A stretch of DNA of 61,151 bases, filler included, from Dugesia japonica (lineage: Eukaryota), in assembly GCA_001938525.1 (NCBI GenBank). It is 6 parts of 6 records of this genome, joined end to end, with 100 filler letters (N's around TTAATTAATTAA, not from the genome) between each part and the next. Parts side by side here need not be neighbours in the genome. Positions count along the whole stretch, not along the records: positions 10,979 to 19,309 come from MQRL01582317.1; positions 19,410 to 28,592 come from MQRL01631597.1; 4 more parts are not named here. The stretch is one strand, 5' to 3'. Below are positions 13,324 through 26,396 of the stretch, piece by piece (position 1 is the stretch's first letter; each line of letters opens with the position of its first letter). A model generated the notes under the pieces. It searched no databases. It had not been told where the DNA came from and was given only the letters and a program-made list of their open reading frames with translations. The translations under genes and the position numbers were made by a program.

Positions 13324-14430
13324 TGGAGACGTGTGAGACTTTGAATTTAACTAATATGTACAATGTTAAATGTCACATGAAGATGCCAAGAAAGGGAACA
13401 TTAAAACGAGATTACTGAACATGATTGAAAAGGAAAAAGAAGAACAATTAAACATTTCTTAGGAAACAGATTTAATCAAGAAAATAAAAATTTCGGATGA
13501 CAAAATACATGACACAATAGGAGAAATACATAAATTATTAATTCACGCCGGAGTTGAGAAGGTTTACGAATATGTGAGAAACAAATACATTGCGTAGAAT
13601 TTGTAGGGCCAAATACAGAAGATAGTTCATAGTTGTGAAATTTATCAGAATACCAAAGTAAAGACAACAGAAATAAATAGACGACAAAGAAATTAGAAGC
13701 TGCCAACTTCTTTTAAGACATATTCACAGATATATGTGGCCTAATGCGTGAAACAAATGGACGCAAAAAATACATTCTTGGAATAATCGACCAGTACAGT
13801 AAATATCTGGTTCTTATACAATTACCTAGGCAATACGAGGAAACAATACGAAAAGCTATTTTTGAAAAGTGGATATTGAGATTTGGATGTCCAAGAGATT
13901 TTGAAAAAGCTTTTGAATTCAGAGTTATGAGAAAGTTTGCACAGAAGCTAGATATTAAACTTTGCTTTTAGAGTCCCTATCATCATAATGCAAACGGACA
14001 AATTGAAAGNCAGTTCAGGACAATTTGAGATTTAATTAATGCAACACTTCAAGAAAGAAAGACAACAGATTGGGCAGATATTTTACTGGAAATAGAATTT
14101 ACAATGAACGCAACAAGCAGAAGACGACTGGAAAGAGCCCAGTTGAGATCGTATTTAGAAAGAAGATTAGCAGAGAAAATGGTATGAGTCAGAAGTTTCA
14201 GATAAAACTAAAGAAAAAGCTTCAGATGGGAATACAAATAGAGAATTCAAAGTGAGCGATTTTGTACTCATCAACAAAGAATTAAGAAATAAAAGTCAAG
14301 ACAGATTTGAAGGACCTTATCGAATAATTGAGAGAATTCGCGAAAGGCAGTATGCGGTACAAGAAGAAAATGGAATCCGATTAGAAAGAAATGTGGAAAA
14401 ACTTGGACGTTTCTTAAGAAATGAGATATA
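13324..14430 (+). mobile_element. Second related Gypsy internal remnant (PBS-like TGGAGAC, integrase)
   Basis: DICGLMRET..ILGIIDQYSKY..WILRFGCP..PYHHNANGQIE..GPYRII with stops. Confidence 0.7.
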
Positions 14431-15339
14431 AGAAAATAATTATTGTTTAATATTTTAAGCCAATAGAAAATTAGTTAATTTGGTAATATATTACAAAGCA
14501 GTTCTTTTCAATTATAATTATTTCCAAATAGCAGAGTTGTAGTCGTAAAATAAATAATGTCTCAAAATAATAGTTTTGATTTGGAAAATTAATTATCAAT
14601 TGAAGATTTACCGGAAAACGTTAAACCGTCAATTTTGAACATACAATTTTAAAGCCAATAAAGAAAATATATATCCTTTAGAACATTTCTAGAACAGGTA
14701 TTTTCTTTACTCCTAAATGAATAAATAGAAAACTCAATTATACAGTGGACACTTTCAATGTTTTGACTTGGAATCATAATCATCAGAAAGAAAATCTAAA
14801 ACTACCCATACATTGCCTAATGGGCTACTATCGATAAGAACTTCATTCGTGCAAATAAAGGGCGTGGTTGCAGCAGGTAGATAGAAGCGCATCAGACCAC
14901 ATTAAATAAATCAATTTTAAAATTGCATTTATTAAGCCATTTTTATATTTTTTAAATCAAATTTGGTATTTTGTAACTCGTAAAGAATTGATGAGCATTA
15001 CTTTTTGAGTCAAAATTCCAATCGGGCGTATTGGCGGTGAATTATTGAATATTTAAAATTCAAATTTTATAAACCTTGTCCACATTTATTTTTTAACATC
15101 TCGAATCGCATTGTATACTGTTAGCTGTCGCTAATAGATTCGTTTTCACTAAACGGATTCATAGAATAATTGAAATAACTTCAAGATTAATTTATAACAA
15201 TAATTATGTTAATATTCTAATTCAGAATATTAAAACAAAGTTTTTCAAGGCTAGATTATTTTAATGTTGACAAAATTTACTGGCTATAATAATCAATATA
15301 AATTTATTAAAATTATTTAAAAATGATGACCATCGATAA

Positions 15340-16020
15340 ATACAAATAGCAGTTTCTTTTAAACTCCTAACATCCCACTTTTTAAAATCTTTAATCTTCT
15401 CTATATTTCTAATAACTGTTTTCCTTGTATACACTTTTAGAAAATAACATCTTTCATGCATTTTCTTGATCACAGTATATGGTCCTAAATATGATTTTTA
15501 TTACGTATTGTTTAATTTGCATTTCTGTGCTGTTCTAATGTTATCTTCCTTCTTTTGTGTTTCAATTTACATTATCATTGTTTTTCTGTCTACTTTGCTG
15601 TTACTAAACCATTTTGATCTATGTATTCTTCTTACAAATTAAATTTCTGCTGGACTTACTCCGTTGGTTTTCACTGAAATTCAAATTGTACTCAATTTCT
15701 GATAAATTATCTGTCCAATTCATATTGCGTCGATTTTTTAATTATGCATTTATGTATTCTCTAATGGTCCGAAACTATCTTTCTACCATGCTATTGGTAT
15801 TGCGGTGGTATGGGCTAGAGAATATTAACTCATTTCCTGCTGCACTTATCACTTCTTTTACACTTTTTGCTTCAATGCTTTTCCCACAATCTACGTGTGC
15901 ACCAAATTGTAATATCGAATGATTCAGTGAAACTTTGACTATTGTCTTTTTATCTTGTCAATTTATAGTAGTTAATACTATATATTTACTGTAGTGTTCG
16001 ATAATTGCACAAATATATTT
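15340..16020 (-). mobile_element. Gypsy integrase remnant
   Basis: Minus strand HVDCGK, SPYHRNTNSMVER, GPYTVIKKMHERCY and a PPT-like AAAGTGGGA|TGTTAG; same family as 11940-14430. Confidence 0.65.
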
Positions 16021-16906
16021 ATTTTATGTGTTTCTTTCCACGGTTCACATTACAGTAGGTAGATTCTTGCGCATGTAAACATCCCTCTCCTCGTCAGCAA
16101 AGTGTTTACGAATTTAGTGTTTACATATTTGATATTTTGGACTTTAAACATGTTTAAGTATTGCTTGGTGTAACCTTTGAACCTGTTTTAATATTTGGTA
16201 GTTTGAGTTTTGGACTTAGGTTGTATATAGAAATAAATGCGCGGCAATATTTTAAGAGGGTAGAATATTGTTGATAAAATTGAATTTGGTAGAAATTTAA
16301 AATTGCGAAAAGTCGAAGTTTTACTGTAAGTCTCCATTAACCCAGTGACTAAGGAATCCTAAATTTTACTTATTATACGTTAACACGGGAGATATAATAT
16401 ATTCAATAAAATAATCAAGTTTACCACAGTAATGCCAAAAATAAAGCTCTAACACAAAAATTTATTGAATAAATATAGTTTATATAATTTCATAATTTCA
16501 TAAAAATCATTTTTTATTTTGTTCATTTACTATTGACATAATATATGAATATAATATTTTTTATCAATTATATATCTTTGAATAATTTTAATATATTTAC
16601 ACAAACCCGTAAAACGACAGTTAAAACTATGCACAATTAATTCTATTATATTTATGATATATTTTGCATTTAAATGAAAGCAATTTATTTAGCAAAATAA
16701 ATATTTTTGTAAGCTATTTTTGTATTAAACATTAGTTTTTTCAAAATATTTTAGAAATGAAAACTTTATTATTACGTTGAATTATACATTTTTCAATTTT
16801 TATGAAGTGGAATTTAAATTTTAAAATTAATTAGTGTTTAAATATACATAAATGTTTTATTTAAATGTACCGCCATTATAACGATCATAATTTAAGCTTG
16901 CAAAAT

Positions 16907-17306
16907 ATGAATAATTCTAATTCTAGTGATACTGAAGTTTTAGATTTAATTTCGAATTTTAATGACATTAAAGATCATGGAAACTCGTAAGACTACTTTT
17001 ATATCTATAAATGTAATTATTTTTTAAGTATTGAGGAGTTTCTAGATAAAATTAATAGCATATATGAAGTTAATACGCCATCTATGTTGTATAGAATTAT
17101 TGAACATAGTTAGAATTTTGCTTATTGTCTTAATTTTTTAGTCATATAAAGCATTTAGTGACGCATCATTAAGTCTTACTCCATTATTTGTTCGGATTTC
17201 AACAAACTACTGTGTAGTCTATAAGGATAAATTTATAGACGTAATTGAATCTTTAAATAAAATATTGAATAAAATATCCAATCGTTTACAAACATTTAGA
17301 GAGGAG
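16907..17306 (+). CDS. 5' exons of an unidentified host protein-coding gene (approx. 16907-16986, 17029-17068, 17142-17306)
   Basis: ATG exon MNNSNSSDTEVLDLISNFNDIKDHGNS ending at GTAAG; 42-bp intron; third exon open for 55 codons (SYKAFSDASLSLTPLFVRIS..QTFREE) ending at GTAAT. The second donor is uncertain and no family was recognised. Confidence 0.55.
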
Positions 17307-19309
17307 GTAATTTTATGTTTTAATTTTTAAAGTAATTTTAAAGAATAATGGATTTTATTAAATTTNNNNNNNNNNNNNNNNNNNNNNNNNNNNNNNNNNN
17401 NNNNNNNNNNNNNNTTGTAGTTGCATTTAGAATTTTTTATTTTTGGTATAAAGGAAGAACTCATTTACAAATTAATAATTTTGCATTTCAAATCGGCTAC
17501 TAAACCAAATTTAACTTAAAAAAAATAATGAAAGTGATTTAAGTTAAGATAATATTTATCAAACTAGTATTTTTAAGAAATTTCAATATAAAATGGATTT
17601 TATACAATTCATTTTATCATCATTCAATAACAGAAAAATTTAATTTTAGTTTATGGTGAAGCCTCTTCTAATGTTTTAATGCTTCTATTTTTATTCCAAA
17701 TAAATTCATCTTTAGATTAGTGGAACAAAAATTGTTATTCTGTTTTAAAAATTAAGTTAAATGAATTAATTCATGTTTTTAGAAATGTAATATTTTTTGT
17801 AATAATTTTTCATATAATTACTAGATCAAATTTATTTTGGGGTGAGTTTTTTCATTTTGCTTCTTTCATATGATACAAAAGTCTTTTTAACGGTGGAATT
17901 TTAAGATATAATACAGTCATTTTTCGTTTAACGAAATATCTCGTTCCTAAAAACTATATAGAATATTTTTCTTAAAATGATGATCTTTTTTTGATTTACA
18001 CTTTTCTTTTATTTAGTCGGAACCAACCACTGGTTTTTCTATAATACTGTCCGCATTTATATTTTGTTTTCAGTTACCAATCTACAATGTATATCGATGT
18101 GTGTGTGTAATTGATTTTATTACTAAAAAACGTGATTTTTTTTATTTTTTTACCAAGAAAAAACATGTAAAGATGTATAACCTTTTATCTAGTTTCTTGG
18201 TGTAAAAAAGCGATTTCCAGTAGTAGTAGTAGTCGATGATGCAATATCAGGAAATACGCAATACACAAGGAATCCATTATTTTAGTTTACTTTCAAATGT
18301 AGTCACTTTTATAGAGATGATATTTTTATACGCGAGTTTTTGAGAGACGTATCTATTGAATAAAAACAGAATTAAGTGTATATTAGGACCTCAATTTGCG
18401 TCGTTTACAAAATTTTCGCAGTTTCAAAGATGTTAATAATTTGCATTGCGTTAATATTCTGTTTGCAACAATAGTAAATATAGTCGAGCTAACTAAGAAT
18501 TTGAATGGAATGCCACAATTCATACGATTTATGTCAAACAGGTTGTTTTAGATAGATAGATAAAAGTATAAATCCGTGCTTTTGAAAGCACTGCGAAATA
18601 TTTCAAAATCCGAGATATCCCGATCCGACTAAAGCAGGTTCAACTAAAGAATAAAAATCAATGACTTTAAATTTCATCGTTATAATAATATGACAATTAA
18701 TGAATTCTTGATGGCCGGATGCAGATAATTTGTACATAATTCAAAAATAAGAAGGAATATAAAAAAAACAAACCATTAAGTTATAATCACTAATTTATTA
18801 TTAATTATTTTCTCTTTGTTTTTCAAGACATCGTTTAACGTTTAATGTTTCATATTGTGAAGAGCAGCAACAGCATCTTTCTTGGTCATATTCAAATATT
18901 ATTCAAAAAACTTTATCTTATATTTTTCATCGTACGTCTTAGTTTGCAACTTGTATTTTTCAGCCATTATAAATAGCTGAAATAGTAAAACAATCGCAAA
19001 TTCACAAAATAAATAAAACTCAATTTATATAATTTTTGTAAAAGTGTATTTATTAAAACACACTAATGATCAAATTGATAATTACAAATTAATAACATTA
19101 TTATGAAATTTCTATTACAACTACGCACTGACAGAGAATGTATGTAATATTTAGAACAAAAATCAATAAATACACATGTACATACCAATAACAATAGCTA
19201 CGAGATAATCAAAAATACGACTTATTTATACGATTTAAGTTGTCAAATTTACATGATTTATAAAAGTAAAAATCTGTACTTTTGAAAGTATTACGACATA
19301 CGTCAAAAT

Positions 19310-19409
19310 NNNNNNNNNNNNNNNNNNNNNNNNNNNNNNNNNNNNNNNNNNNNTTAATTAATTAANNNNNNNNNNNNNNNNNNNNNNNNNNNNNNNNNNN
19401 NNNNNNNNN
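19310..19409. other. Artificial contig-joining linker
   Basis: 44 N + TTAATTAATTAA + 44 N. Confidence 0.95.
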
Positions 19410-22388
19410 TCGAACCACTCCTCAGCATTCTGACTAATAATAAAATAGTATTCCATATAATAAAATTGCTGCTGGGTTACACTTTGATTAATTCCTATAT
19501 CTTCTTAGTCAAAAAATTCCATAGCGATAGGTTACCGAAAGAATTTTCTGCATTCATTAATAATGAATTTTAGAGTGGCAGATCACAGATAATTATTTGA
19601 TAAAGAACCTCCACGAATGTTGATAGATAGACTTTAGAATTCTGAGTTAATATTAACAAGTCATCGAAAGAGTAGATAAACCCAGTTACTTAATAGTGTG
19701 TGTGCAATAGTTAAATGAGTCAACTCATGTACTAACTAAAATTTTGTTTTTCGTGACAACATGCTAAGAGAGTGTGTCACACACCAACTCGCGTTGCATT
19801 ATCGCCAACAGCTAGAAGAAAAAAATCCCTAGGTAACCGTCACACGCGCAATTTGAAAATGTAATAAAAATAGCAATAGATAATTAATACCAGAAATGAT
19901 AAAATGGGGAATCTTATAAACTTCAGTATTAATAATAGTTCATCTAAGGACGTAATAAATTACGGCCCTCTTGACTAGTTACCTCAATAAATTTAGTTCT
20001 GAGTTATAAATATTGCGTTGAAAATTAATAGCTTTTCTTACGCCAATTTTATCTGACTAAGTGGGATTCATCCATAAAAAAAATATTTCTCCATGAATTA
20101 TCCGCGAAACAAATAGCGTAAATTAGTAATCATATAATATATCCGACCATATAACTTTCAATTGAAGGTCTGGTCCGTGAATTATCACTGAAATTTTATT
20201 TTTTTTTTCATTTAGCTTATGTCAGACGAATTACGAATTATCCTGAGAACGATAAGGAAGCAACGACGAGCAACCCGCCTAAAGCAATTAATTGTCCATT
20301 ACTTAACGAGAGGTTGAGTAGAGCACCCCGACGAAACTGACCTTCAGTGTTTTATTGAGATGTTTCCCCTAAAACCTAAGGTGGATATCGATGAGGAATA
20401 GCCATTTTAGCTAAAACCATGGTGAATTCCTTTCTTTAAAGAGTACTTAGACTAATTGTGATGTTATACTTCGAGTATGAATTAAAATCCGTGCTTTATT
20501 TTAATTTATTTTTTTTTAAAATATAATCTATTTAATTACCTAAATGCATTTCACTCTGATTAAATAAAAAATTCATTAGTTGTTATTATAGGAAATAAAC
20601 AAAACAATTATAGAATATAGATGGGAGGTATGTTTAGATGTTTATTCAGGAAGAACAACCTTTAAAAGATATCAAAACCCATATTACCGTGATGCCGGTG
20701 TTTTGGTTGATCACACCAATTTGCCTACCGAAATAGCAGATAATGAAAGACAATGGGACGCAACAGAACGGGCTGCTTATTATCATTGGCGTGGCCCGAG
20801 AAGAGACCGGGTCGCTACCCCACCAGCACCCCTTTCATTCAAACGGTCAGCAGAAATTCCATTGATAGAACGTGTGTGGATTGACGGCTCCTCGTCAGTG
20901 GGCCTTACTAGAAATCTCTTACCTCCCACATCGCAATTGACGTCCTTCATCCAAAATAATCTGTGGGGCGTTTGAAATGCGCTGGTTAGCAATAATGATG
21001 AAAACACTGAAGAAGAACACACTGTGTCGGTGTGAACTTTCTCTTTTGATTTAAGACCTAGAATAGAATGCTTTTCTCTCTGCTATTTTCGAAATTTAAT
21101 AATTAATGTCTTACAAAATTTGGTCTTATTCTCACACTATATCATTGTTAAGAACCGTAAAAATTACGCTATTTATATTTTAGTGCACTCATCGTTGAAT
21201 CGAACACAGGCCCCGACCAAAAAATTACGCGAAGATAGTGAAGATAAAAAAATTACTTGGGACCTGTATAAATTGGCTAAGAGACGGTGGGAAGCCGAGA
21301 TCGCAACCGCCAACGCTAAAATAAAGCGGTACAAAACGAAGTGCACAAATGTTCGCGAGAAAATGAAGGCGGTGCAAGATCAAGAGAGGGTCTTGGAAGG
21401 CCCAGGTAGAATCGTTCGCCGAGATTATCCGGTCCAGTCATGACCGTCAGAATAAACTGGTCAAAGATATCCTCATCTTAAAAACGAAATCTTATCTGGA
21501 ACCCCTTATGATTGATAAGGGCACCCAGATCAAACCTAATCCCCGTGTTTGATCACTATAAAAAATATATAAAATTTTGTACATTTTGATCTTGAGTTTC
21601 TATTNNNNNNNNNNNNNNNNNNNNNNNNNNNNNNNNNNNNNNNNNNNNNNNNNNTTTTGATCTTGAGTTTCTATTTCTGTTTACTTCGTTGATAATAAAT
21701 TCGTTAATATTGACATTCATTATACTCTATTAATGTTCGTAAATTTTAGTGCCACGAATTACCTTCCCGAACAGCCTTAGAAGATGTCACCGCATTCTGC
21801 GTCGCCTCCTTCTTGAAAGGCACCTGAAACGCAAAGCCGACAAAGCCTTATTAAAGCACCTCGCCCAACGGGACCAGTTTGATTAAAAAACTGGATTTAA
21901 TCATAAAGAAACAAAACAACCTTGCCATGCAGACAAAGGCTTTAGAAACAGAAAATAAACAATTATTGCAACGGAAAATTGAATTCCTAAAGCAATATAT
22001 TGCTGACTTATCACGTCAAATAGGTAATCCAAATGTAACGCAATGGGATGAGGACGATGACCTTGCAGCGTTCAATTTTGTATTGACTGAACCTGACCAA
22101 TGGCTAGATCCAGGAGCGCTGGATTTACTTCGAATAATTTTCTTTTAATAAAATATCGGTACTCAGAAATGCAAATCATTTTTCTTTTAATAATAACTAT
22201 AAGGGAAAAGTCAATGAACCCAAATATAAAGGTTTATTGGTGTTTACCTTCCATTAAGAGTAAGGTCAACCACCATAAACTGAAAACCTACCACAGGGAC
22301 GATAGGGTAAATTCTTGAAAGGGTTCCCCTGAGGGCTTTTTTTCCCAGCCACCTTTTCGTATCACTCGAATCAGGTGGGACCCCAACA
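19410..22388. mobile_element. Probable terminal part of a large LTR-type element carrying a decayed spliced + strand gene; interrupts the viral minor capsid gene
   Basis: Ends in ...GGGACCCCAACA (TGTTGGGG on minus) exactly where minor-capsid similarity stops. GC-richer exon-like blocks follow polypyrimidine-AG acceptors near 20216, 20591, 21184 and 21749. No RT or integrase is visible in this part. Confidence 0.4.
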
Positions 22389-22537
22389 GTAACATTAAAA
22401 ATAATATTATAACAACTAAAAGTTAATAAAGCCATTTCATAATCAGAGTCTAATTCTATTGGAAATTTTAAATTAACTTTAAAATCTGATCCCGGAGGGC
22501 CCCCTTCTTTACCAACAACTAAAAATTGATGAGACAT
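22389..22537 (-). pseudogene. Minor capsid (penton-like) protein, N-terminus only
   Basis: SDFKVNLKFPIELDSDYEMALLTFSCYNIIFNVT resembles the N-terminal pattern (F..PIEL...YE.AL.....YN...N.T) of Polinton-type minor capsids; truncated by an insertion at 22388. Confidence 0.7.
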
Positions 22538-22539
22538 TT

Positions 22540-23332
22540 TATCTATAAAAATACTTATTCTTATATATACATATTTTTCTCTGGTAAGTAGTTTTTGCTT
22601 TAATAATTCTTTACAAACTGATTTAATTTCTTGTTCTAAATTATTATGACCAGCTTTAACAGCAGAAATTTATAATGTTAATCTTTCAAATAAAGAAACT
22701 GGGTCATGGGGCTCTCTGGGATTAGGATTTAATCCTTCTCCTTTAATAGGAGTTTCTTTTATAGGAGTTTCTTTTTCAGAATTTTCACTAATAGATAAAG
22801 TCTTTTTCCTAGTTAAAAATTTATAATATTTATTATTGTGATGAAATATAATATTAAATTTATTTAAATAAATATCAATTGCTTCTGGATCATTACTTCC
22901 ATTTCCTAAAATTAAATTCATTAATTCTTCAGAATAAGGAATTNNNNNNNNNNNNNNNNNNNNNNNNNNNTTTCCATCTTCTTCAAATAAATATATTTCT
23001 GTTAGAGAACCTCTAAGATTAGGATAAATTATTTTTTGAAAGTTTTTACCATTAATAACGTCTGTTAAAAATATTGGTATAACTGTTGGTGTTTTTAAAA
23101 AATCAATATTAAAATTATTATGTGAATAAAATGGTTTTCTTTTCTCAAAAGGGTTAGAAGATTTATCCAAGTTTTCAATTGCTTTAATTGTGGGTTGTTG
23201 TTGAATAGTTAAATCAGCTTGTAAATTTCTTGATTCAATTACATTACCACTAAATAAATTATTATAATCATCTCGTGCTTTAATTAATTCTTTTAAAAGT
23301 TTTATTCTTTCTGTTACTTGTACAGTATCCAT
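22540..23332 (-). pseudogene. Conserved Polinton-type uncharacterised protein (premature stop at 22670)
   Basis: C-terminal IKGEGL..DPVSLFERLTL*ISAVKAGHNNLEQEIKSVCKELL continues in frame past the stop. It resembles the DP..L.ERL.L......AG.....EI....EL motif of the gene that precedes the minor capsid in related elements. Confidence 0.65.
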
Positions 23333-23858
23333 TTTTAAAAGAATTTACATAGGGTTTTAAATATAATCCATTTCTTTTTATTTTAACTTTAATTCCATTT
23401 TTAAAGTTTTTAGTAATCATTATTAATTCAGGATTGTCTAAACTATTTTTCAAATATTTATGAATTGAACTTCCTTGATATGGTTTTAAGTAAAGTCCTG
23501 ATCCAGAACTTGTTTTATTTGTTTCTAACTTATTTACTTCTAATTTATTTTCAAGTTCCTTTTTCTGTAATTCAACTAATTCAATTTCTTTTTGTTTTTT
23601 AATAGCAACTCTAGAATTACTAACTGTACTTGCAATTCCAGTGGCAAAACCAGCAGTAGAAGCTAAATCAGCTATAATTGCTGGTATTGCTGCTAGAAAA
23701 GCAAATCTACCTTCATGTATTTTTTTTGTTGCTATTTTCTTTTTTATTTCTTCTTTAACTTGTTTACCAATCCAATAGTTTTTTCCATTAATTTTAATAG
23801 ATTTAGATTTATTTGAATTTACCAAATTAATTAATTCTTGTTCTGAAACAGAAGACAT
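23280..23858 (-). CDS. Putative virion core/membrane-active protein
   Basis: Basic N-terminus, hydrophobic helix FAFLAAIPAIIADLASTAGFATGIASTV after HEGR, coiled coil, and duplicated GLYLKPY motif (GSGLYLKPY, RNGLYLKPY). Confidence 0.6.
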   Translation of the reverse strand: MSSVSEQELINLVNSNKSKSIKINGKNYWIGKQVKEEIKKKIATKKIHEGRFAFLAAIPAIIADLASTAGFATGIASTVSNSRVAIKKQKEIELVELQKKELENKLEVNKLETNKTSSGSGLYLKPYQGSSIHKYLKNSLDNPELIMITKNFKNGIKVKIKRNGLYLKPYVNSFKNGYCTSNRKNKTFKRIN

Positions 23859-23979
23859 TTTATTTACTTGTAATTTGAAAATAATTCAATTTCTCTTCTC
23901 CTCTCAATTTAAGAGGTAGGAGGATTTTAAAGAGTAAGGAGGATTTTCAAAGAGGTGAAATCCTAGAGAGTCTTATAAA

Positions 23980-24733
23980 TTACTCTTCTTTCTCCTCCTC
24001 AAATAAATTATCAATTAATTCATCTGCTTCTCTATCTAAATAGAAATAATTATATTTAGTTTTCCAATGTAAATTAACTTCATAATCATATTCCATTTTA
24101 CTAGAAAAAATGTTACTAAACAAATCATAATAAACATTATCTTTATCAGTTTTGTTTAATTTAAAAAATATAAAACAATTCGAATTATTTCGAATAGACT
24201 TTTTATCCAAATAAAAATATGTTTGAGAAATGTAAATTACATTACAATTAACATGTCTTCCTCTAGTAAAATAACTTTTCTGAATTTNNNNNNNNNNNNN
24301 NNNNNNNNNNNNNNNNNNNNNNNNNNNNNNNNNNNNNNNNNNNNNNNNNNNNNNNNNNNNNNNNNNNNNNNNNNNNNNNNNNNNNNNNNNNNNNNNNNTT
24401 AAAAGAATACTTTTTTAAAAACCATTGAATTACTTCAAATGGTGTTATTAAAGAATTAGGAATTATATTTTGGTGTTCAAAAATAAAAATTATATCTTCT
24501 TTTGTTAATCAATTTTCAAAACCATGATATAATAATTGTAATTCAAATTGGTTTATAGTTGTTGAATAAATTATTAAATTATCATAATCTAAAAACCCTG
24601 GAGTTAATAACATTTTCATTAATAAAACATTTTTACCTGAGCCTGAAGAACCAATTATTAATAATCTAAAATTAGATGGAAAGATTTTATTATTAAAGAT
24701 GTTTTTATTTTTACTCCAGATCAATTGAGACAT
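23980..24733 (-). pseudogene. A32/FtsK-HerA family DNA-packaging ATPase (internal stop and N gap)
   Basis: FRLLIIGSSGSGK Walker A; after the gap FTRGRHVNCNVIYISQTYFYLDKKSIRNNSNCFIFFK, the GRH..SQ.Y....IR.N signature of Polinton/NCLDV packaging ATPases. Confidence 0.9.
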
Positions 24734-24873
24734 TTTTTTTTAATAAAAAATCAAAGAATTCTTTAATCCTCATAAATAATTTTCTTTATTACACAATCTA
24801 ATACATTTGCACTAAACAATTCCAAACAAGTATTAGATTTTCCAAAATATTGGGTGAATATTTTAATTATTTC

Positions 24874-25101
24874 TTATGTTGTTTCATTAAACCTTTCTTT
24901 ACCATTATATTTATTTTTAAAATAATCTGAAACTTGTTGTGGACAAACAGGTTTGAGTTCTTTAAGAGTTTCTTTTAATTCTTCTTTCAGGATTTCTTTT
25001 GTAATTTCTTTTAATTTATTTTTTGGTATTTCATTTGAAGTTTCTTTTATAGTTTCTTTTAAAGATTGATTTAAAATAAAATTAAAAGAGTTATCATCCA
25101 T
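24874..25101 (-). CDS. Small hypothetical viral protein with LKE repeats
   Basis: ATG ORF packed between integrase and ATPase on the same strand; may be frameshifted at the 3' end. Confidence 0.45.
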   Translation of the reverse strand: MDDNSFNFILNQSLKETIKETSNEIPKNKLKEITKEILKEELKETLKELKPVCPQQVSDYFKNKYNGKERFNETT

Positions 25102-25122
25102 TTAATTTATTAATTTTAAATA

Positions 25123-26322
25123 TTATAAAACAGTTTTCTGTAATTCATTATCATAAAATCTACCTAGAATTTTTTCATTGTCTAAATTAGTAATTCCATA
25201 AGTAAAAGGTTTTGTTTTATAAACTCGAGTAACTAGAAATATTTCATTTGTCCATTTAGCTGTTAAACCTTTTTCAAACTTATATTTATATTTAAAGATT
25301 CTAACTTTATCACCAATTTTAAATTTCTGTTTAAATATTATATTATCATTTTCAGTATTATGTTGATTTATTATTTCTTTAATTTAATCTGGATTTTCAC
25401 TAGCTTGTTTTGGAGTTGTTTTTATAGAACTATGAATTGTATTATTATAATAATTTACAATTTTATCTATAAAGTTTTTATCCCAGTTTAGATTATCAAC
25501 TAGAGTAAAATGTTTAAATAATTTATTTTTAAATGTTTTATTAAATCTTTCTATAACAACTGCTTTCCCCTTGTTTTCAGGTGAATACAAATTAATATTA
25601 TTTTCTTTACAAAAAGATTTAAATAATCTATTATAAAATTCACTTCCTTTATCAACCCATAAATTATTTGGAATTTTATTATTTTTTTCAATTATATTTT
25701 CAAATGAATTTGTTATTGATTAACCTGTTTTATTATTACATATTTCTATAAATGCATATCGAGAATATAAATCAATAACTGTTAGTATTATTTTCTTATT
25801 ATGAAAGATTAAATCTGCAGACCAAGTTTCATCAATTTCATTAATTATTTTTAATATTTTTATCAATGGGAAAAGTCTTCGCTTCTTTCAGACTTAAACT
25901 AGCACCCAAAATAATTTTACCTTTCATTGCTAATTTTACTAAACTTCTTTTAATTTTTTCATTAATACTAGGATTAGAAATATTATTCAAGTCATGAATT
26001 AAATTAATATCAGCTAAATGTCTATCTTTTAAATCTTCTGATTTATAAGATAAATCCTGTTTTAAAGCAGCTGCATCAACTCTATTTATTGGTTCTTCTC
26101 CAGGTTTTGGGTTATTATTTTCATCTAATCTTAAATCTAATCTTGTTCCAGGTCCAGTGTAATTGTGTTTAAATAAATGTCTTTCTCCTGGATATTTTTC
26201 CAAAGTAAATGGTTTTAAAATTGCACTTGTTAATTTAGAAGATTGTAAATCACCTCCGGTTTTATTACATATTTTATAATGTCTAGCTTGATTTTTTCTA
26301 AGTAATATTTTTTTACAATTTA
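25123..26322 (-). pseudogene. Zn-finger + parvovirus-type phospholipase A2 + Polinton-type retroviral integrase, copy A
   Basis: CKKILLRKNQARHYKIC; HNYTGPGT..PINRVDAAALKQDLSY (Ca loop YxGPG; catalytic HD mutated to QD); DETWSADL, ILTVIDLYSRYA, LWVDKGSEFYN, KAVVIERFNKT (D,D,E), FKIGDKVRI, FEKG..KWTNEIF, GRFYDNELQK*. The start lies in an N gap. Confidence 0.9.
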
Positions 26323-26396
26323 NNNNNNNNNNNNNNNNNNNNNNNNNNNNNNNNNNNNNNNNNNNNNNNNNNNNNNNNNNNNNNNNNNNNNNNNNT

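Noticed and set aside
18561-19309. ~50-bp imperfect direct repeat (18561-18610 / 19261-19309) around a short broken ORF
   Set aside because: Too degenerate and cut by the contig end; probably a TE remnant that cannot be classified.
25841-26203. Endogenous parvovirus/densovirus (from the PLA2 motif)
   Set aside because: No NS1/SF3 helicase or parvoviral VP; the neighbours are a double jelly-roll capsid, A32 ATPase and rve integrase.
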